IMG/VR virus record: IMGVR_UViG_3300047666_001143
Location: 1 to 64,000 of that record
Length of the DNA: 64,000 nucleotides
Reading direction: 5' to 3' (one strand)
Origin: a virus
The notes beneath the pieces are model-generated. The model made no database searches. It was not told the origin of the DNA and saw nothing but the letters and a program-made list of their open reading frames with translations. Shown one piece after another: positions 35,619 through 47,300 of the stretch. How positions within the stretch are numbered: position 1 is the stretch's first letter; each line of letters opens with the position of its first letter. The translations under genes were made by a program, and so were the position numbers.

Positions 35619-36120
35619 AATAGCCTTAGACGTAGACGACACTATCGCAGGATTTTATCCTCACATGTGCAAGCACTTTAAGCGTCCTGAATTGAGAGTT
35701 GATATTTGGGATGGTAAAGGAGATTGCAAGTGGGTGGCCGATGAATTTCCAGACTTATTTTCAAACTTGGAATTTTGGAAAACGCAGCCTGTATTGTCCA
35801 GTCCCGAAAGTATAACATTTGATTTTGATTATTATTTAACTGCTTTCCCACAAGAGTTATCTTGTCTCAGGAGAGAATGGTTAATTAGAAATGGATATCC
35901 AGATAAACCTGTAATATGTAGCGAAGATAAAATTAAAGTTATGTTGGATTTACAAATTGATGTACTGATTGATGATAAACCTTCGACGATAAAAAAAGTC
36001 AGAGAAGCAGGATTAATTGGAATACAATTCGTACCTTCGTATATGAATAATTACGATAAAAATGATCCTTTTACAATTTCACATTTATCTCAGGTTCCTG
36101 GGGTATTAAATATAAAATAA
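35605..36120 (+). CDS. 5'(3')-deoxyribonucleotidase (HAD, NT5C-like)
   Basis: IALDVDDT; LIDDKP. Confidence 0.8.
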   Translation: MERFKIALDVDDTIAGFYPHMCKHFKRPELRVDIWDGKGDCKWVADEFPDLFSNLEFWKTQPVLSSPESITFDFDYYLTAFPQELSCLRREWLIRNGYPDKPVICSEDKIKVMLDLQIDVLIDDKPSTIKKVREAGLIGIQFVPSYMNNYDKNDPFTISHLSQVPGVLNIK

Positions 36121-36124
36121 ATTT

Positions 36125-37111
36125 ATGCCAGATTTTAGAGTACTTGCCAAACAGTATATAAGTAATGGACTTTGGGTTATTCCTGTCAGTTCTCAAAAAC
36201 AACCTGCAATTTCAAATTGGAGAGAGTTACAAACCAGACCTATGACAGAACAGGAAGTTGAAAAAAGTTTCGAGAATTGTTACGGTATTGCTTTGCTCAT
36301 GGGAGGTAGCCCTAATTTATTTGCGGCTGATTTTGACTTAAAATACTCCTTGAATCCCAATCTATATGATGAGATAAAAGAAAAAATTCCTAAGAGTATT
36401 CTTAAAAAAACTTACGTGCAAAAAACAATGAACAATGGTTTTCATTGGATATATAAAATACCTAAAACACGTATGTATGGTAATGAGAAATTTGCCAACA
36501 GATACACTACTGCATTTGAAAAGCACAAAATATATCTAGAGTACTATAGTGATCCTAAAACCAGAGATTCAGCTATTAAAACTGCTGCTAATCATAAATC
36601 TTTAGTTTTATTAGAATCAAGGTCGGGCTCCCCAGAAAGATGTGGTGGGTATGTATTAATGGCTCCAACTCAAGGTTATGCTCATGTATATGGAAAAATA
36701 AATGAATTAACTGAAGATGAGTATGATATTTTAATTGAAGTTTTAAGAAGTTTCAATGAAGTAAAGGAACTGGGTAAAAGTATTAAAAAATATGATAATT
36801 TTGAGTGGAAATTATCTCCTTGGGAGGATTATAATGACAGAGGTGATATTGTGGAGTTATTGGGTGGAAGTGGATGGACTGTCATGGATGAAAATGTTAA
36901 AAATATAAGATTCAAACGTCCAGGAGCAACTAGTGGTTCCAGTGCGTTATTCGATAAAGACAGTGGTATTTTTTCGTGTTTTAGTACTTCAACTTCATTG
37001 TCAGTGGATAAAAGTTACAATCTATCTGGTTTATATATAGAACTTGAATGTGATGGAGACACTAAACTAGCTTACCAAAATCTAGTAGGTATGGATTTTG
37101 GTATTAAATAA
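36125..37111 (+). CDS. Bifunctional DNA primase/polymerase (PrimPol) domain protein
   Basis: G..VIPV..K.P...W, ADFD, T.NNGFH, GGYVLMAPT. Confidence 0.82.
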   Translation: MPDFRVLAKQYISNGLWVIPVSSQKQPAISNWRELQTRPMTEQEVEKSFENCYGIALLMGGSPNLFAADFDLKYSLNPNLYDEIKEKIPKSILKKTYVQKTMNNGFHWIYKIPKTRMYGNEKFANRYTTAFEKHKIYLEYYSDPKTRDSAIKTAANHKSLVLLESRSGSPERCGGYVLMAPTQGYAHVYGKINELTEDEYDILIEVLRSFNEVKELGKSIKKYDNFEWKLSPWEDYNDRGDIVELLGGSGWTVMDENVKNIRFKRPGATSGSSALFDKDSGIFSCFSTSTSLSVDKSYNLSGLYIELECDGDTKLAYQNLVGMDFGIK

Positions 37112-37149
37112 AAAATGACTATATTTGACACAATTATAAAAAATAACAT

Positions 37150-37383
37150 ATGGCGAAAATAATAAGACAAAGTGACAATTTAACAAAAGAAGGATTAATA
37201 GAGTATATTAAGTTTAGCAAAGAAAATGTGGGTAAAAATGTATATATGAAACCTGAAGTTGGGTATTATTGTATACTTGGTAGGAATATACTTAATTTAA
37301 ATTGGATGACTTCCGAAATAATAGAAGTCATATCTGACACTGAATTTAAAACTGTAAATAGTCATTATAAAATAGAAAATTAA
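37150..37383 (+). CDS. Hypothetical protein
   Basis: ORF after -7 box TATATTTG at 37120-37127. Confidence 0.65.
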   Translation: MAKIIRQSDNLTKEGLIEYIKFSKENVGKNVYMKPEVGYYCILGRNILNLNWMTSEIIEVISDTEFKTVNSHYKIEN

Positions 37384-37386
37384 TAT

Positions 37387-38982
37387 ATGAAATTTAAAGA
37401 TCTTACAGATGTAGATATTGAATATCTTGAACATATTTATTATGAAAATATGAAACATGTCCAGAAAATGGAAATACTTTCTAAAAAATTCAAGGTTACA
37501 AAAAGAACTATTAGGCGTTGGTGGAAAGAGGAGTTAAAGCTAACAGAAAGACTTTCAACTTTACCTAAACAACTTCAAGATGCACAAAAGAGAGAAATTA
37601 AAAAAGGAACTAATATAATTTTATATACTTCTGCTCAAAATAAAACTGGTATAAACTCCAGATTTTTAGAGAATTTAGTAGCTTTTAAAATATTTTTAAT
37701 TGATTTAGGTTATAAAGTAGAAATAATCATATCACCACAAAGGTATCGAAACCCTACAAGCCCTTCGGAATCTGATAGGAAAAAAGCACAATTATGGTGG
37801 GTAGATGAAGTTGTACCTTATTTGTTTTACGGGAAGTATCAATTTGGAGATACTTTAATATCAACAGATAGTAGAATTCGCCCTACAGCAAAAGACCCTT
37901 TAATTGGGTATGAAGTTCTGGCCAAGGATAATAATTTGGTATTACCTCACTCTAAAATACATTTTAAAACGTTACCTAGATTTAAAGGGCATCCTCTTAG
38001 AACAATGTCTACAACAGGTTATATCACAAATAAAAACTATAGTGATAGTAAAGCAGGAGAGACTGCTTGGGAACACCATTCTTACGGTTTTGTTATTATA
38101 GAAAAAAAGAAAGATGGTACTTGTCATATCCCTAGAAATGTCAAAGTTAAAAGTGACGGCTCTTTTATTGATATTAATAAAGAAGTTAAAAATGGTGAAG
38201 TAAGTATTATAGATAAATGTGATGCAGTTGTTATGGGAGATATACATGCTTCTGAAGTTAACGATGCTGTATTGGATAAATCTTTTGAATTATTTTCTCT
38301 TATTAAGCCTGATAAAATTGTTTTACACGACGTATTTGATGGTTCGACTGTAAATCCTCATGAAGTTAAGGATATGTATATCCAAAGACAAAAAATAAAA
38401 CAAAATAAATACCTTGTGGAGGATGAAATTAAACATTCTTTTGATGTGGTTGATCTAATTAGTAAATATACTAACGAGGTTCACATTTCTATTTCAAATC
38501 ACGATGTTTTTTTAGATCGTCATATTAATGATGGAAATTGGAAAAGAGACTTACATAACAGTCCTACATATTTGAAGTATGCTTACATTCAACAGACAGA
38601 GGATTTATCAGATTGCGGTAATATTTATGGTTACTTATTAAATGAAAGATTTAAAAATAGGCCTGTTTTTTATATGTCTTATGGTGATAGTTTAAAGATC
38701 CAAGGTTATGAATGTGCTTTACATGGAGAGCATGGGACAAATGGTTCTAGAGGAAGTTATAAACAATTCTCCAGATTAAATACTAAAATGATACATGCAC
38801 ATACTCATTCACCGATACTTTTTAATTCTGTAACTGTTGTTGGAGTGTCTTGTAATATAGATCAATATTACACCCGTAGAGGCCTCTCTTCTTGGGCTTA
38901 TGCACACAGTATAGTTCATCCAAATGGTAAAAATCAACTTTTAGTTCTAGGAGATGATTTGAAAATAAGTGGACTTATATAA
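37387..38982 (+). CDS. T5 A1-like metallophosphoesterase-fold nuclease with N-terminal HTH
   Basis: TSAQN, IRPTA..PL.G, TTG.IT..NY...KAG, GDIH, HDVFD, SNHD, HG..G.NG.RG, AHTHS, GLSSW. Confidence 0.75.
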   Translation: MKFKDLTDVDIEYLEHIYYENMKHVQKMEILSKKFKVTKRTIRRWWKEELKLTERLSTLPKQLQDAQKREIKKGTNIILYTSAQNKTGINSRFLENLVAFKIFLIDLGYKVEIIISPQRYRNPTSPSESDRKKAQLWWVDEVVPYLFYGKYQFGDTLISTDSRIRPTAKDPLIGYEVLAKDNNLVLPHSKIHFKTLPRFKGHPLRTMSTTGYITNKNYSDSKAGETAWEHHSYGFVIIEKKKDGTCHIPRNVKVKSDGSFIDINKEVKNGEVSIIDKCDAVVMGDIHASEVNDAVLDKSFELFSLIKPDKIVLHDVFDGSTVNPHEVKDMYIQRQKIKQNKYLVEDEIKHSFDVVDLISKYTNEVHISISNHDVFLDRHINDGNWKRDLHNSPTYLKYAYIQQTEDLSDCGNIYGYLLNERFKNRPVFYMSYGDSLKIQGYECALHGEHGTNGSRGSYKQFSRLNTKMIHAHTHSPILFNSVTVVGVSCNIDQYYTRRGLSSWAYAHSIVHPNGKNQLLVLGDDLKISGLI

Positions 38983-38986
38983 ATCT

Positions 38987-39028
38987 GTTAAAATTCAGTT
39001 AAACCCTACAATTAATTTTGTGGGGTTT
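38987..39028 (+). repeat. 42-bp exact repeat, copy 2 (TTAA box + terminator; -7 TATCTTTG at 39040-39047)
   Basis: Identical to 12664-12705. Confidence 0.92.
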
Positions 39029-39051
39029 TTCTTTTACCATATCTTTGGTAT

Positions 39052-39501
39052 ATGGAAAAAAAAGAACTTATTGGTCGGTTTATGGGATATAAACTTGAAG
39101 AAAAAGATTATCAATACAAAAATTTTCATTCCTCAAATGAATCAAGCTGGGAGTGGGATAAAGGTATTATAATTACTTTAGATGGACATGAGGTATCTGA
39201 TTCTGATAATGAAGCTATATTTAGCTTTGAGGATTTAGAATTTGATAGTGATTGGAACTTGTTAATGTCTGTAGTTGAGAAGATTGAAAGCATTAAAGAT
39301 AATCATCATGGTTATTTTGGAGTTTATATAAACAGTAACTCTTGTACAATACAAGGTACTGATTTAAGAACAGATGTAAAACAAGAACCACCTATATATT
39401 ATAGTAATTTTGTTTTAAGTGATAAAATGCAGTCTACTTATCAAGCAGTAGTGGAATTTATTAAATGGTTAAATAAACAAAGTATACAATGGGAAAATTA
39501 A
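39052..39501 (+). CDS. Hypothetical phage protein
   Basis: SDWNLLMSVVEKIE...YQAVVEFIKW pattern. Confidence 0.75.
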   Translation: MEKKELIGRFMGYKLEEKDYQYKNFHSSNESSWEWDKGIIITLDGHEVSDSDNEAIFSFEDLEFDSDWNLLMSVVEKIESIKDNHHGYFGVYINSNSCTIQGTDLRTDVKQEPPIYYSNFVLSDKMQSTYQAVVEFIKWLNKQSIQWEN

Positions 39502-39610
39502 TATTAATGTACGAGACTGCTAATTATTTGAATAAAGAGCACGTTGAAAAAACTAAAATAATTCAAGAGAAATATGAAATTATACAAAAAGAAAATTATT
39601 TAGAACTATC

Positions 39611-40045
39611 ATGGAAGAACAATTAATAAAATTTAAAACAGCAAAATTAGCTAAAGAGAAGGGTTTAGCACAAAAACTTTTTAATACAAGTTGGTATAAT
39701 GAATTAGGTAGACGAAATGGAAGGTCTGATATTAATTTAGAAGGCAAAACTTTTAATACTACCTATAGCGAATCCTCTAACCCAGAATCTTTAAAAAAGA
39801 GTGATTTTAAAATAAAAATTTATCTAGCACCAACACAATCTTTATTATCAACTTGGTTGAAGAAAACTCATGGTCTTTATGCTTATATAGATTGGGTAGA
39901 CGATGAAGTGGTTATTGTGGATTTTAAGAATTCAGAAGGAGAAGAACTGTTTAGAGCAAATTGTTATGATTTCGTGCCAGATTATGAATCAGAAGAGGAA
40001 TTATTAGAAGAATTATTGCAAAAAGCGTTAAAACTAATTAAATAA
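39611..40045 (+). CDS. Hypothetical phage protein
   Basis: TAKLAKEKG...APTQSLL..WL pattern. Confidence 0.75.
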   Translation: MEEQLIKFKTAKLAKEKGLAQKLFNTSWYNELGRRNGRSDINLEGKTFNTTYSESSNPESLKKSDFKIKIYLAPTQSLLSTWLKKTHGLYAYIDWVDDEVVIVDFKNSEGEELFRANCYDFVPDYESEEELLEELLQKALKLIK

Positions 40046-40047
40046 TC

Positions 40048-40431
40048 ATGGAGATAATACCTTATAAAAGTAGAGATGTAGATTTATCTAAAAAAGTCAG
40101 GATGTACAGGTGCTTGAATAAAAAAGGGTTTGTTTTTTCTTTAAGTCAAAAGGGAAAAGTAATAGGTCACACTAGCGATATTGTCTTGAAAGATTGTAGT
40201 TTAATTATAATGGAGTCTGGTAAAAACAGATGTTTAAGAGAGAAGCAGAGAAATGTTCATGCTTTTGTAGAGGGTTTTGTGGCAGCAGACACAGATATAA
40301 AACTGGCTTTTTCTTTTTTACTTAATTATAACCCTTATGAAGATAAAAAATTTCATACTACTCACTTCGATGAATTATCTAAATGTGAAATAGTCTACTT
40401 GAAAAATAATAAAATATACTGTCAAATTTAA
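40048..40431 (+). CDS. Hypothetical phage protein
   Basis: RNVHAFVEG...YNPY block. Confidence 0.7.
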   Translation: MEIIPYKSRDVDLSKKVRMYRCLNKKGFVFSLSQKGKVIGHTSDIVLKDCSLIIMESGKNRCLREKQRNVHAFVEGFVAADTDIKLAFSFLLNYNPYEDKKFHTTHFDELSKCEIVYLKNNKIYCQI

Positions 40432-40442
40432 TATAAATAATT

Positions 40443-40919
40443 ATGGATAAAAATAAAATAGTAGAAAAGATAGAAAAAACTTTAGAAGTTTTTAAAAATA
40501 CACTTAATACTCTAAATACAGAGGAAAATTTAGTTTTAGGAGGTTCAACAGCTCTCAGGCTTCACGGTATAAATACCAAGAGAATTCCAGAAGACTTGGA
40601 TATAATTCTTTTTTCCCCTACAATGAAACAATTTAACTTTCTAAAAAGCATAGAGGACTTCAGTGATTTTACACAAGATAAGGGTTATGAGCAAGTTTAT
40701 AAATTCAGAAAAGTAAAGGATAATATAACTTTTACTTTGGATGTCTTAATAGAGCATTCCGCAGTGCCTCAAAACTTACTGCTGTTGAAAAGAGGAAAGT
40801 TACTAATTAAAGTGCAAGATATTGACAATACAATTGTAGCTAAATCCAGTTACGGGAGAGATAAGGATTTAAAGGATATGTTAGATTTGAAAAATTTAAA
40901 CTTTAATCCCTCTAAGTAG
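40443..40919 (+). CDS. Nucleotidyltransferase-fold protein
   Basis: LGGSTAL..HG...PEDLDII; K..YGRDKD..D. Confidence 0.7.
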   Translation: MDKNKIVEKIEKTLEVFKNTLNTLNTEENLVLGGSTALRLHGINTKRIPEDLDIILFSPTMKQFNFLKSIEDFSDFTQDKGYEQVYKFRKVKDNITFTLDVLIEHSAVPQNLLLLKRGKLLIKVQDIDNTIVAKSSYGRDKDLKDMLDLKNLNFNPSK

Positions 40920-40920
40920 T

Positions 40921-41271
40921 ATGACAGACGGACATAAACTGTTTTTAACAGTAGGATACTCTTTTGATTATACGAAAAGTCATTTTCATCATATTGCAGC
41001 TTTTGATTGTATTTCACAATTCTTCGAACACAGGAATAATATAAAGGGTTATATTGATGATGAAAAAGGGCCTCGTGTAGAAGAAGGTAGTGATTTGGCT
41101 ATTTTTTATGATGAGATGTATGAATCTTTTGATAATGGAGATATTGGGAGTTTTGTTAAGAATAAATTACTAGAGTATGAGATGTATGAAGTTCTCCAGC
41201 AACTAAACGAACCTTTATATGGTAAAGCGTTGGAACTTAAAAAAGAATTAGAAATCCCCAACAATAATTAA
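40921..41271 (+). CDS. Hypothetical protein
   Basis: Last ORF of the + strand arm. Confidence 0.65.
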   Translation: MTDGHKLFLTVGYSFDYTKSHFHHIAAFDCISQFFEHRNNIKGYIDDEKGPRVEEGSDLAIFYDEMYESFDNGDIGSFVKNKLLEYEMYEVLQQLNEPLYGKALELKKELEIPNNN

Positions 41272-41340
41272 ATTGTCAGGGATTTCGGGTCCTAAGCGAA
41301 ATTGTATAAATCCCTTAATTAACTTTAAGGGATTTATTTT
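41251..41340. terminator. Convergent/bidirectional terminator region between the two transcription arms
   Basis: Hairpins gaaatccc/gggatttc (41251-41286) and ataaatcccttaa/ttaagggatttat (41306-41337). Confidence 0.8.
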
Positions 41341-44300
41341 TATTCTCCAGTAAAGAAATCTTGCATCATCAATACTGCTGAATCTGTTACTCCTTTATTA
41401 TACATTTTATATGTATTTGTAACATCTTCCAATGTTTCTGCATCGTGCATATCATATATTGCTTTTGCTCCTGGAACGTTTTTTACAAAATACCTTTGTC
41501 TTTTGGATAGTCCTTTGTACTTATTTGAAGATATTTCCTCTCCGTCAAATATTTCCCATAAGGCCGAGAAATCTTGTGCGGATCTTAAAGTAACAAGAGG
41601 ACTTTCTAAGGTACCAACAACATCTCCAACAATTCCTGTCGATAAATTTGTGCTTGCCTCATTTAGAGTTCTTCTTAATATATAGTTTGTCAATCCTATC
41701 ATATAGATTTCCTCATTGTCATCATCCTCAGCAGCAGCGAATATCATTGAAAATATTAATACCATCGATAAATACACACCCATTTCTTTGACTACTCTAC
41801 TTGTATTTCTTACTTTCAATTCATAATCTAAAAAAGCTTCGTTATAATCTGCATTATTTTCAGCATCTGTTTTACCACTATCTTTGAAATTTTCTCTTTT
41901 TGGTTCTTTATAGAATTCTTTGATATCCTCATTTCTCTCCATCATTTTCATTGGGTTTCCGATTATAGAGCCCATTAATCTTCCTAATGTTCTATAATGT
42001 CCTTCTTCATATAATCCTGTATCAAAATTTAAATGTCTATCTTTAAATTTATTTTGCAAAATTATAGAGGCAAATCCTTTGTGCAACATTGCCATTGACC
42101 CTATTGCGTGTCTTTGTGCTGTTACTTTCATTTGTTGGGGTATTTGCCCTTTTATAACACTTAGTTGATTGGCCATTGACCTGTTTATAAATCCTTTTGC
42201 ATCTTTTAGATACTTATTAGTTTCCTCTTTGGTTTTATTTGGAAACTCATTATATATAGTGTCATTCCAAGTAAAACCGTCTTTAGTGAAATTCATATAA
42301 TTATAAACAGATTTTCCTTCTTCATTTTTCCACAGTCCTTCTGCTGCTTTTTTCTCCATACCATCTCTGGTTTTCTCTTGTATGAATTGTCGCATGTTGT
42401 ATCGTTTGCCATCTACTATTCTGTTGTCAAATAATATAGAAAGCATCACTTGTGGTGTTATAGGAAAATCTGCTGCTGCGTGAATTGCCATTGCAGATTT
42501 TGAAAATAACCTTTGAAATGGTCCAAACTTAGCATTTCTTGTTTTTGAAGTCATATCATATTCTCCAAATGCCTGACCCATCAAAGTTAATTTTGAATTA
42601 TCAACAACTTTTGCTTTTAGGGCGTTTGAGGCTGTCTCGCCCATTAGAGTTTTATACTCTTTGAAAGCTAATTTAGCAGATTCCCTGTTGGTTTTTTCTC
42701 CTACAAAATCCTCTACTTTTTTAGTAATATACCCAGTTGTAAGCCCTGTAACTGCAATTGGCAAGGAAAAACCTAAGTTTTTTATACTCACATATTTAGT
42801 GAAACTTCTGGCTACTTTTGCTAAATCCATTTCGAATTTACTTCCTGGTATTATGAACTTCTTAGTCAGTTGTTCAGTTTTACCGTAAATTGCACTGTCT
42901 ATGAAAGATTCTGTCATCTTCAGAACATTTTCTAATTTTTTACCTCTGCTGTGTCTTTTGTTGTTTAAAAGTATATTTTGCAAAGATTCTATGTCCGATA
43001 GAACTTCTTTTTTAGCTTTATATTGACTTGACTTAGCTACTAATTGAGTTAAAGCCATAAAATGATCATCTGATACATCATTAGGGTCTTCTAAATCTCT
43101 TGTGTAATATTTAGGTAATAATTTACTTTTCTTGAAGTCTTTCTCCCCATACGCCAAGTCATCTATTCTATAAGCTAATCTTTCTTTGAATATTTCTACT
43201 ATTGCAGACCATTTTTCTTTCGTAGATGCATTTGAACCTATAATAGCCCTTATCTTTTCTGTAGTTGTTTTGGATATTTGGACAGGTTTATATAAATCTT
43301 GTCCTTGACTATCCATAGATTTAAAGGCTTTCTCTTTTGTCTCTAAGTATAGTCTTCTTACTTCAAATTCCTCTTTGTTTTTTGTAGCTTCCCCTTTTTT
43401 ATTGATTGCAAAATAATTTGAGTATTCATTATTTTCGTACTTACCTTTTTTAGGTTGCGAAAATCCTCCTTTATAATTTTTATTATAATCTGGATTTAAA
43501 ATATAACCGTTATTATACAAATCACTCTTGTATTTTGTATTCTGAGAATCTGTAAGAGTAGTTAACTCTCCGTTTTTTTCTTTTTCCAAGAAATCCTCTA
43601 ATTTACTTTTGTTATTTATTGCCTCAAAAGTCTGTCCTGATATTCCAGAAAAAGTATCCATTCTTGTAACTTCTGAATCATCTAATATACTATTGTTTAT
43701 AACTACATTTATATATGGATCACTATACATACTGTCAAAAATATTTAATATTTTTTCTCCTGTATTAAATCTCTCTTCAATAGTTTTATATCCTTCTGGT
43801 GCAAATCTAGTGAAGTATGCATATAAATTACCTTTTGCATAACTTAATTTTGTCTCTAGTAAATTAGATCCTTTGTGTCTCGCCATTAACTTTTCCTCTG
43901 ACTCAGATAAAGTCAACCCTGCTTCTGACTTATTATAAGCATTGACTACTCTATATATATCCTCTGTATTTGAGTGAGGTGAATTTCTTAATTCTAAGAG
44001 TTCCTCAGCGGTTCCTTCGGTAATTCCTTTTTTCTTTAGATAGTTTTTATAAGATTGATTTACAGATTTTACTCCTGCACTTTCATTCTCGTTTTCATTT
44101 TCAGGGATCTTTAAACTTCTTTTTAATGAATTTATTGTTAATGTGTACTCCCTCACTTCTGACATGTCTATTTCATGCATATTATCTATCTCTATTGGAG
44201 AAGATGTATTTCTATTCATTGCAATAAGTGCTGATTTTTTTGCAGAGAGTTCTCTTAAAGTTTTTATGTCATCTTCTCTTCCAGGATTTAATGTGTCCAA

Positions 44301-47300
44301 TTCTGGATTTTGCAACATGCTTTCTTCTCCTAAAGATTCATAAAATTCTTTTGACAAAGATACATCTACATTGGAAAGTAAAATATCCATTTTTTGTTCT
44401 TGAGAATAATTTGAACTGCTTATAAGTTCTCTAAGAGAAGTTTTTAAATTTTGATTTTTATCTTCTTTCTCAACAATGTTGTTGATATAATCCTCATCTA
44501 TTCTATGTAAATCATAAGCTATTTTAGCTGCTGTTCTTTCAATGTCATTGGAAGTTTCACTTAGGTCCAATACTAAACTTCCACCTGTTGCTAATTCAAT
44601 ACCATCTTTAGGTTTAGTATAATCTATTTTAAGTCCTTTTTTAAATCCTGTTATATCTGAATAGATACTTTTTCTGTTTTTTCTGGTTTTTGAAATATCA
44701 TTCAGTTCACTTTTAGTTTGAAGTGATAATATAACTCTTCCATCCTCTTTTCTTGCTTTGTTTCTTATAGATGCTCTCGAAGAAGATAGTTCTTTTAAGA
44801 AGGTTATTGTCTCTGGATTTATATTTAAATTTTTATACTTTTCTTGTATCTCTTTGTAATATAGAGGATTTATTATAGGTTCATCTACTCCTAATAGTCT
44901 TTCTTGTAAAGCTATTTTGTAATTACCAAAATCAAGCTCACTTAATTCATTTAACTTTAAAGTTTGCTCTCTTTTTGCTTTTCTGTAATTTTCAATTGTA
45001 TCTATTTTTTCCTTGGCAAAGTCGTTGTAAGTTTTGAACATTACAGCTTCTCTGTCATCCAAATGTTTTTTGGTATCGTAAGGCCCTTTTAAATGACCAT
45101 TTTCATCGAACATATTTGCAAATTGTTCTTTTGTAAAACCTACTTCTTCCATGTAATTTGTAAATTCAGCAGACATTTCTTTTTCATATTGATTTGCCAT
45201 CATATCTGCTTCCCATATTTTTATCCCCATCATATTCAAAATAGGATTAGATGCATGGTGTATTTGTCCGAAGAACGAGAATATAAAATTAGAATCGTTT
45301 ATTTGACCTTGTATGGCTTTTTGCATGTGGTCTCTTGCAACTTCTTGTTCTTTAATTCCCAATTGAGATACTACAGATTCAAGTATTTCTCTTACTTGAT
45401 CTGTACCAACTGAATTGTTTTTAGATACAAGACTTGCTATAATATTATTATTTTCTTTAATTTTACCTACTAATTTGTTTTTACCTTTTAAGTCGCTTTC
45501 ATTTATTTTGGCCAAACCAGTTTCTAAGTCGGAAAATAGGCTTTTCAAATCCTCTAAGTTTTCCAACATTACTTTATTTTGTTCACTTAGACCTTTACCT
45601 TGTTTCAAAGATTCTTCTAGTGCTACTGTAGTACTGTTTATTAGCTTATTTGTAGATTCTATCAATTTTTCTGTAACCAATGCAAGCTCTTGATTAGTTG
45701 CAGTTTCCAAAGATACTCCTGCCAATTGTCTTTTGTAACTGGAGAATTGAGGCTTTTCTGATAAACTATTAAATGTATTTATGAGACTTTCTGTTACTGG
45801 TATAACTTGATCGGACAGGGAGTACATTAAACTGATATCTTTGGACTCTTGTATATCTGATTCCGATAAAGTTTCTTCTCTTTGAATTACAAATTTTTCA
45901 ACTGTGTTATTTAATTCTTTTAATTGTCTGAAATGCTTACTTGTTATATTTAACTTATCGAAGAATTGTTCAATAATGTCAACTAGTTTTGCTAGGAAAG
46001 ATTGAGGTTTACCTTCTGTCTTACTTAAAGTAAGATTTTTCATTATTTTTCCTAAAATCTCTTTTTCTAATTTCTTTTGGTCGCCTTTGTATACTTCATT
46101 GTAAACTGCATAGTGCTCTTGATATTCAGGACTACTTTTAATGAAATCAGATAGTTCTGCCAACTGCTCTTCAGTCATTGTTTCCACGATGATATGCATT
46201 ACCTCCTCCGTTAAATCTTCTAAATTTATACTGTTTGGGTCTATGCTACCATCTTCCAATTGAACTCCTTTAAAAGCAACTAGTCTATTTGCGATATCCG
46301 CAAGTGCTTCTACTGATGGAGATAATTTATTTTTTAACTTGAATTTATCTTGATAATCCTTAAGTGATAAAGTACTTATGCCCATATCATTTAAAATAGA
46401 AAATAAATTTAATCTAAGATTTCTTTCGCTGATTTTTTCTTTTTTACTTACTACAGTTTTTTGAGAACTACTACTTAAAATAGCATCACTAACCATTCTG
46501 TGTGTAGAACCTTCCTTGGATGGTTGTACCTTTACTTCTTTAATTTGTATAAGTCCATCTTTAACTTGGTAATTTCTTTTTGACAATGAAGCTGATACTT
46601 CTTCTTTGAAGAATTCCAAGGTGTATTTTTGTTGTTGAGGTGTGTTTCCTGTGGTAGTATAAAAAGTTTCACCGTTGTAAGTTACTTTTTCTGGTTTTAT
46701 TACTCCATCAAAGATAAAAGCATTTATCACTCCTTCAGTTGTTCTTTCGTCTAAAGTTGCTGGAAGACTTGCTATTACTTTTCCGTTGGACACTATATTG
46801 ATAGTTTTACCTTGGGTATTTCTCAATGCATCTTCAAATGAGTTGTATTCTTTATCTTCCGATTTTATACTGAACAGTGGTGTTGCACCTTGATTTTGCT
46901 CTTTTACCTTGCTTGATGCTTCAAATATATCTGCTAATAATTCTTCAGATACATTTTTTACCGTTCCATTTTCGTCTACACTGTAAATAGCCAATATTTT
47001 GTTAGAAGGTATTTCTTTTTTTACCTTTACATATCCATCAATAACATCTATTACAGCTTTGTTTTCACTAGGGTCATTTTCTATCATCACAACATAGTTT
47101 GGTTTACCTTGTGTCGGCCTTAAATCCGTAGGTGCAAAACCAGATGCATAGTTAAAAGCTGTTCTTGGGGCAGTTCCATATACTGTAACTCCTGCATCAA
47201 CTTCATCTCCTATATTATAAGATTGATTACTTTGTATGTACCCATTTTCTCTTATAAAGGCCAATTCATCAGGATGTATTCCTCTGAACAATAAAGATGC

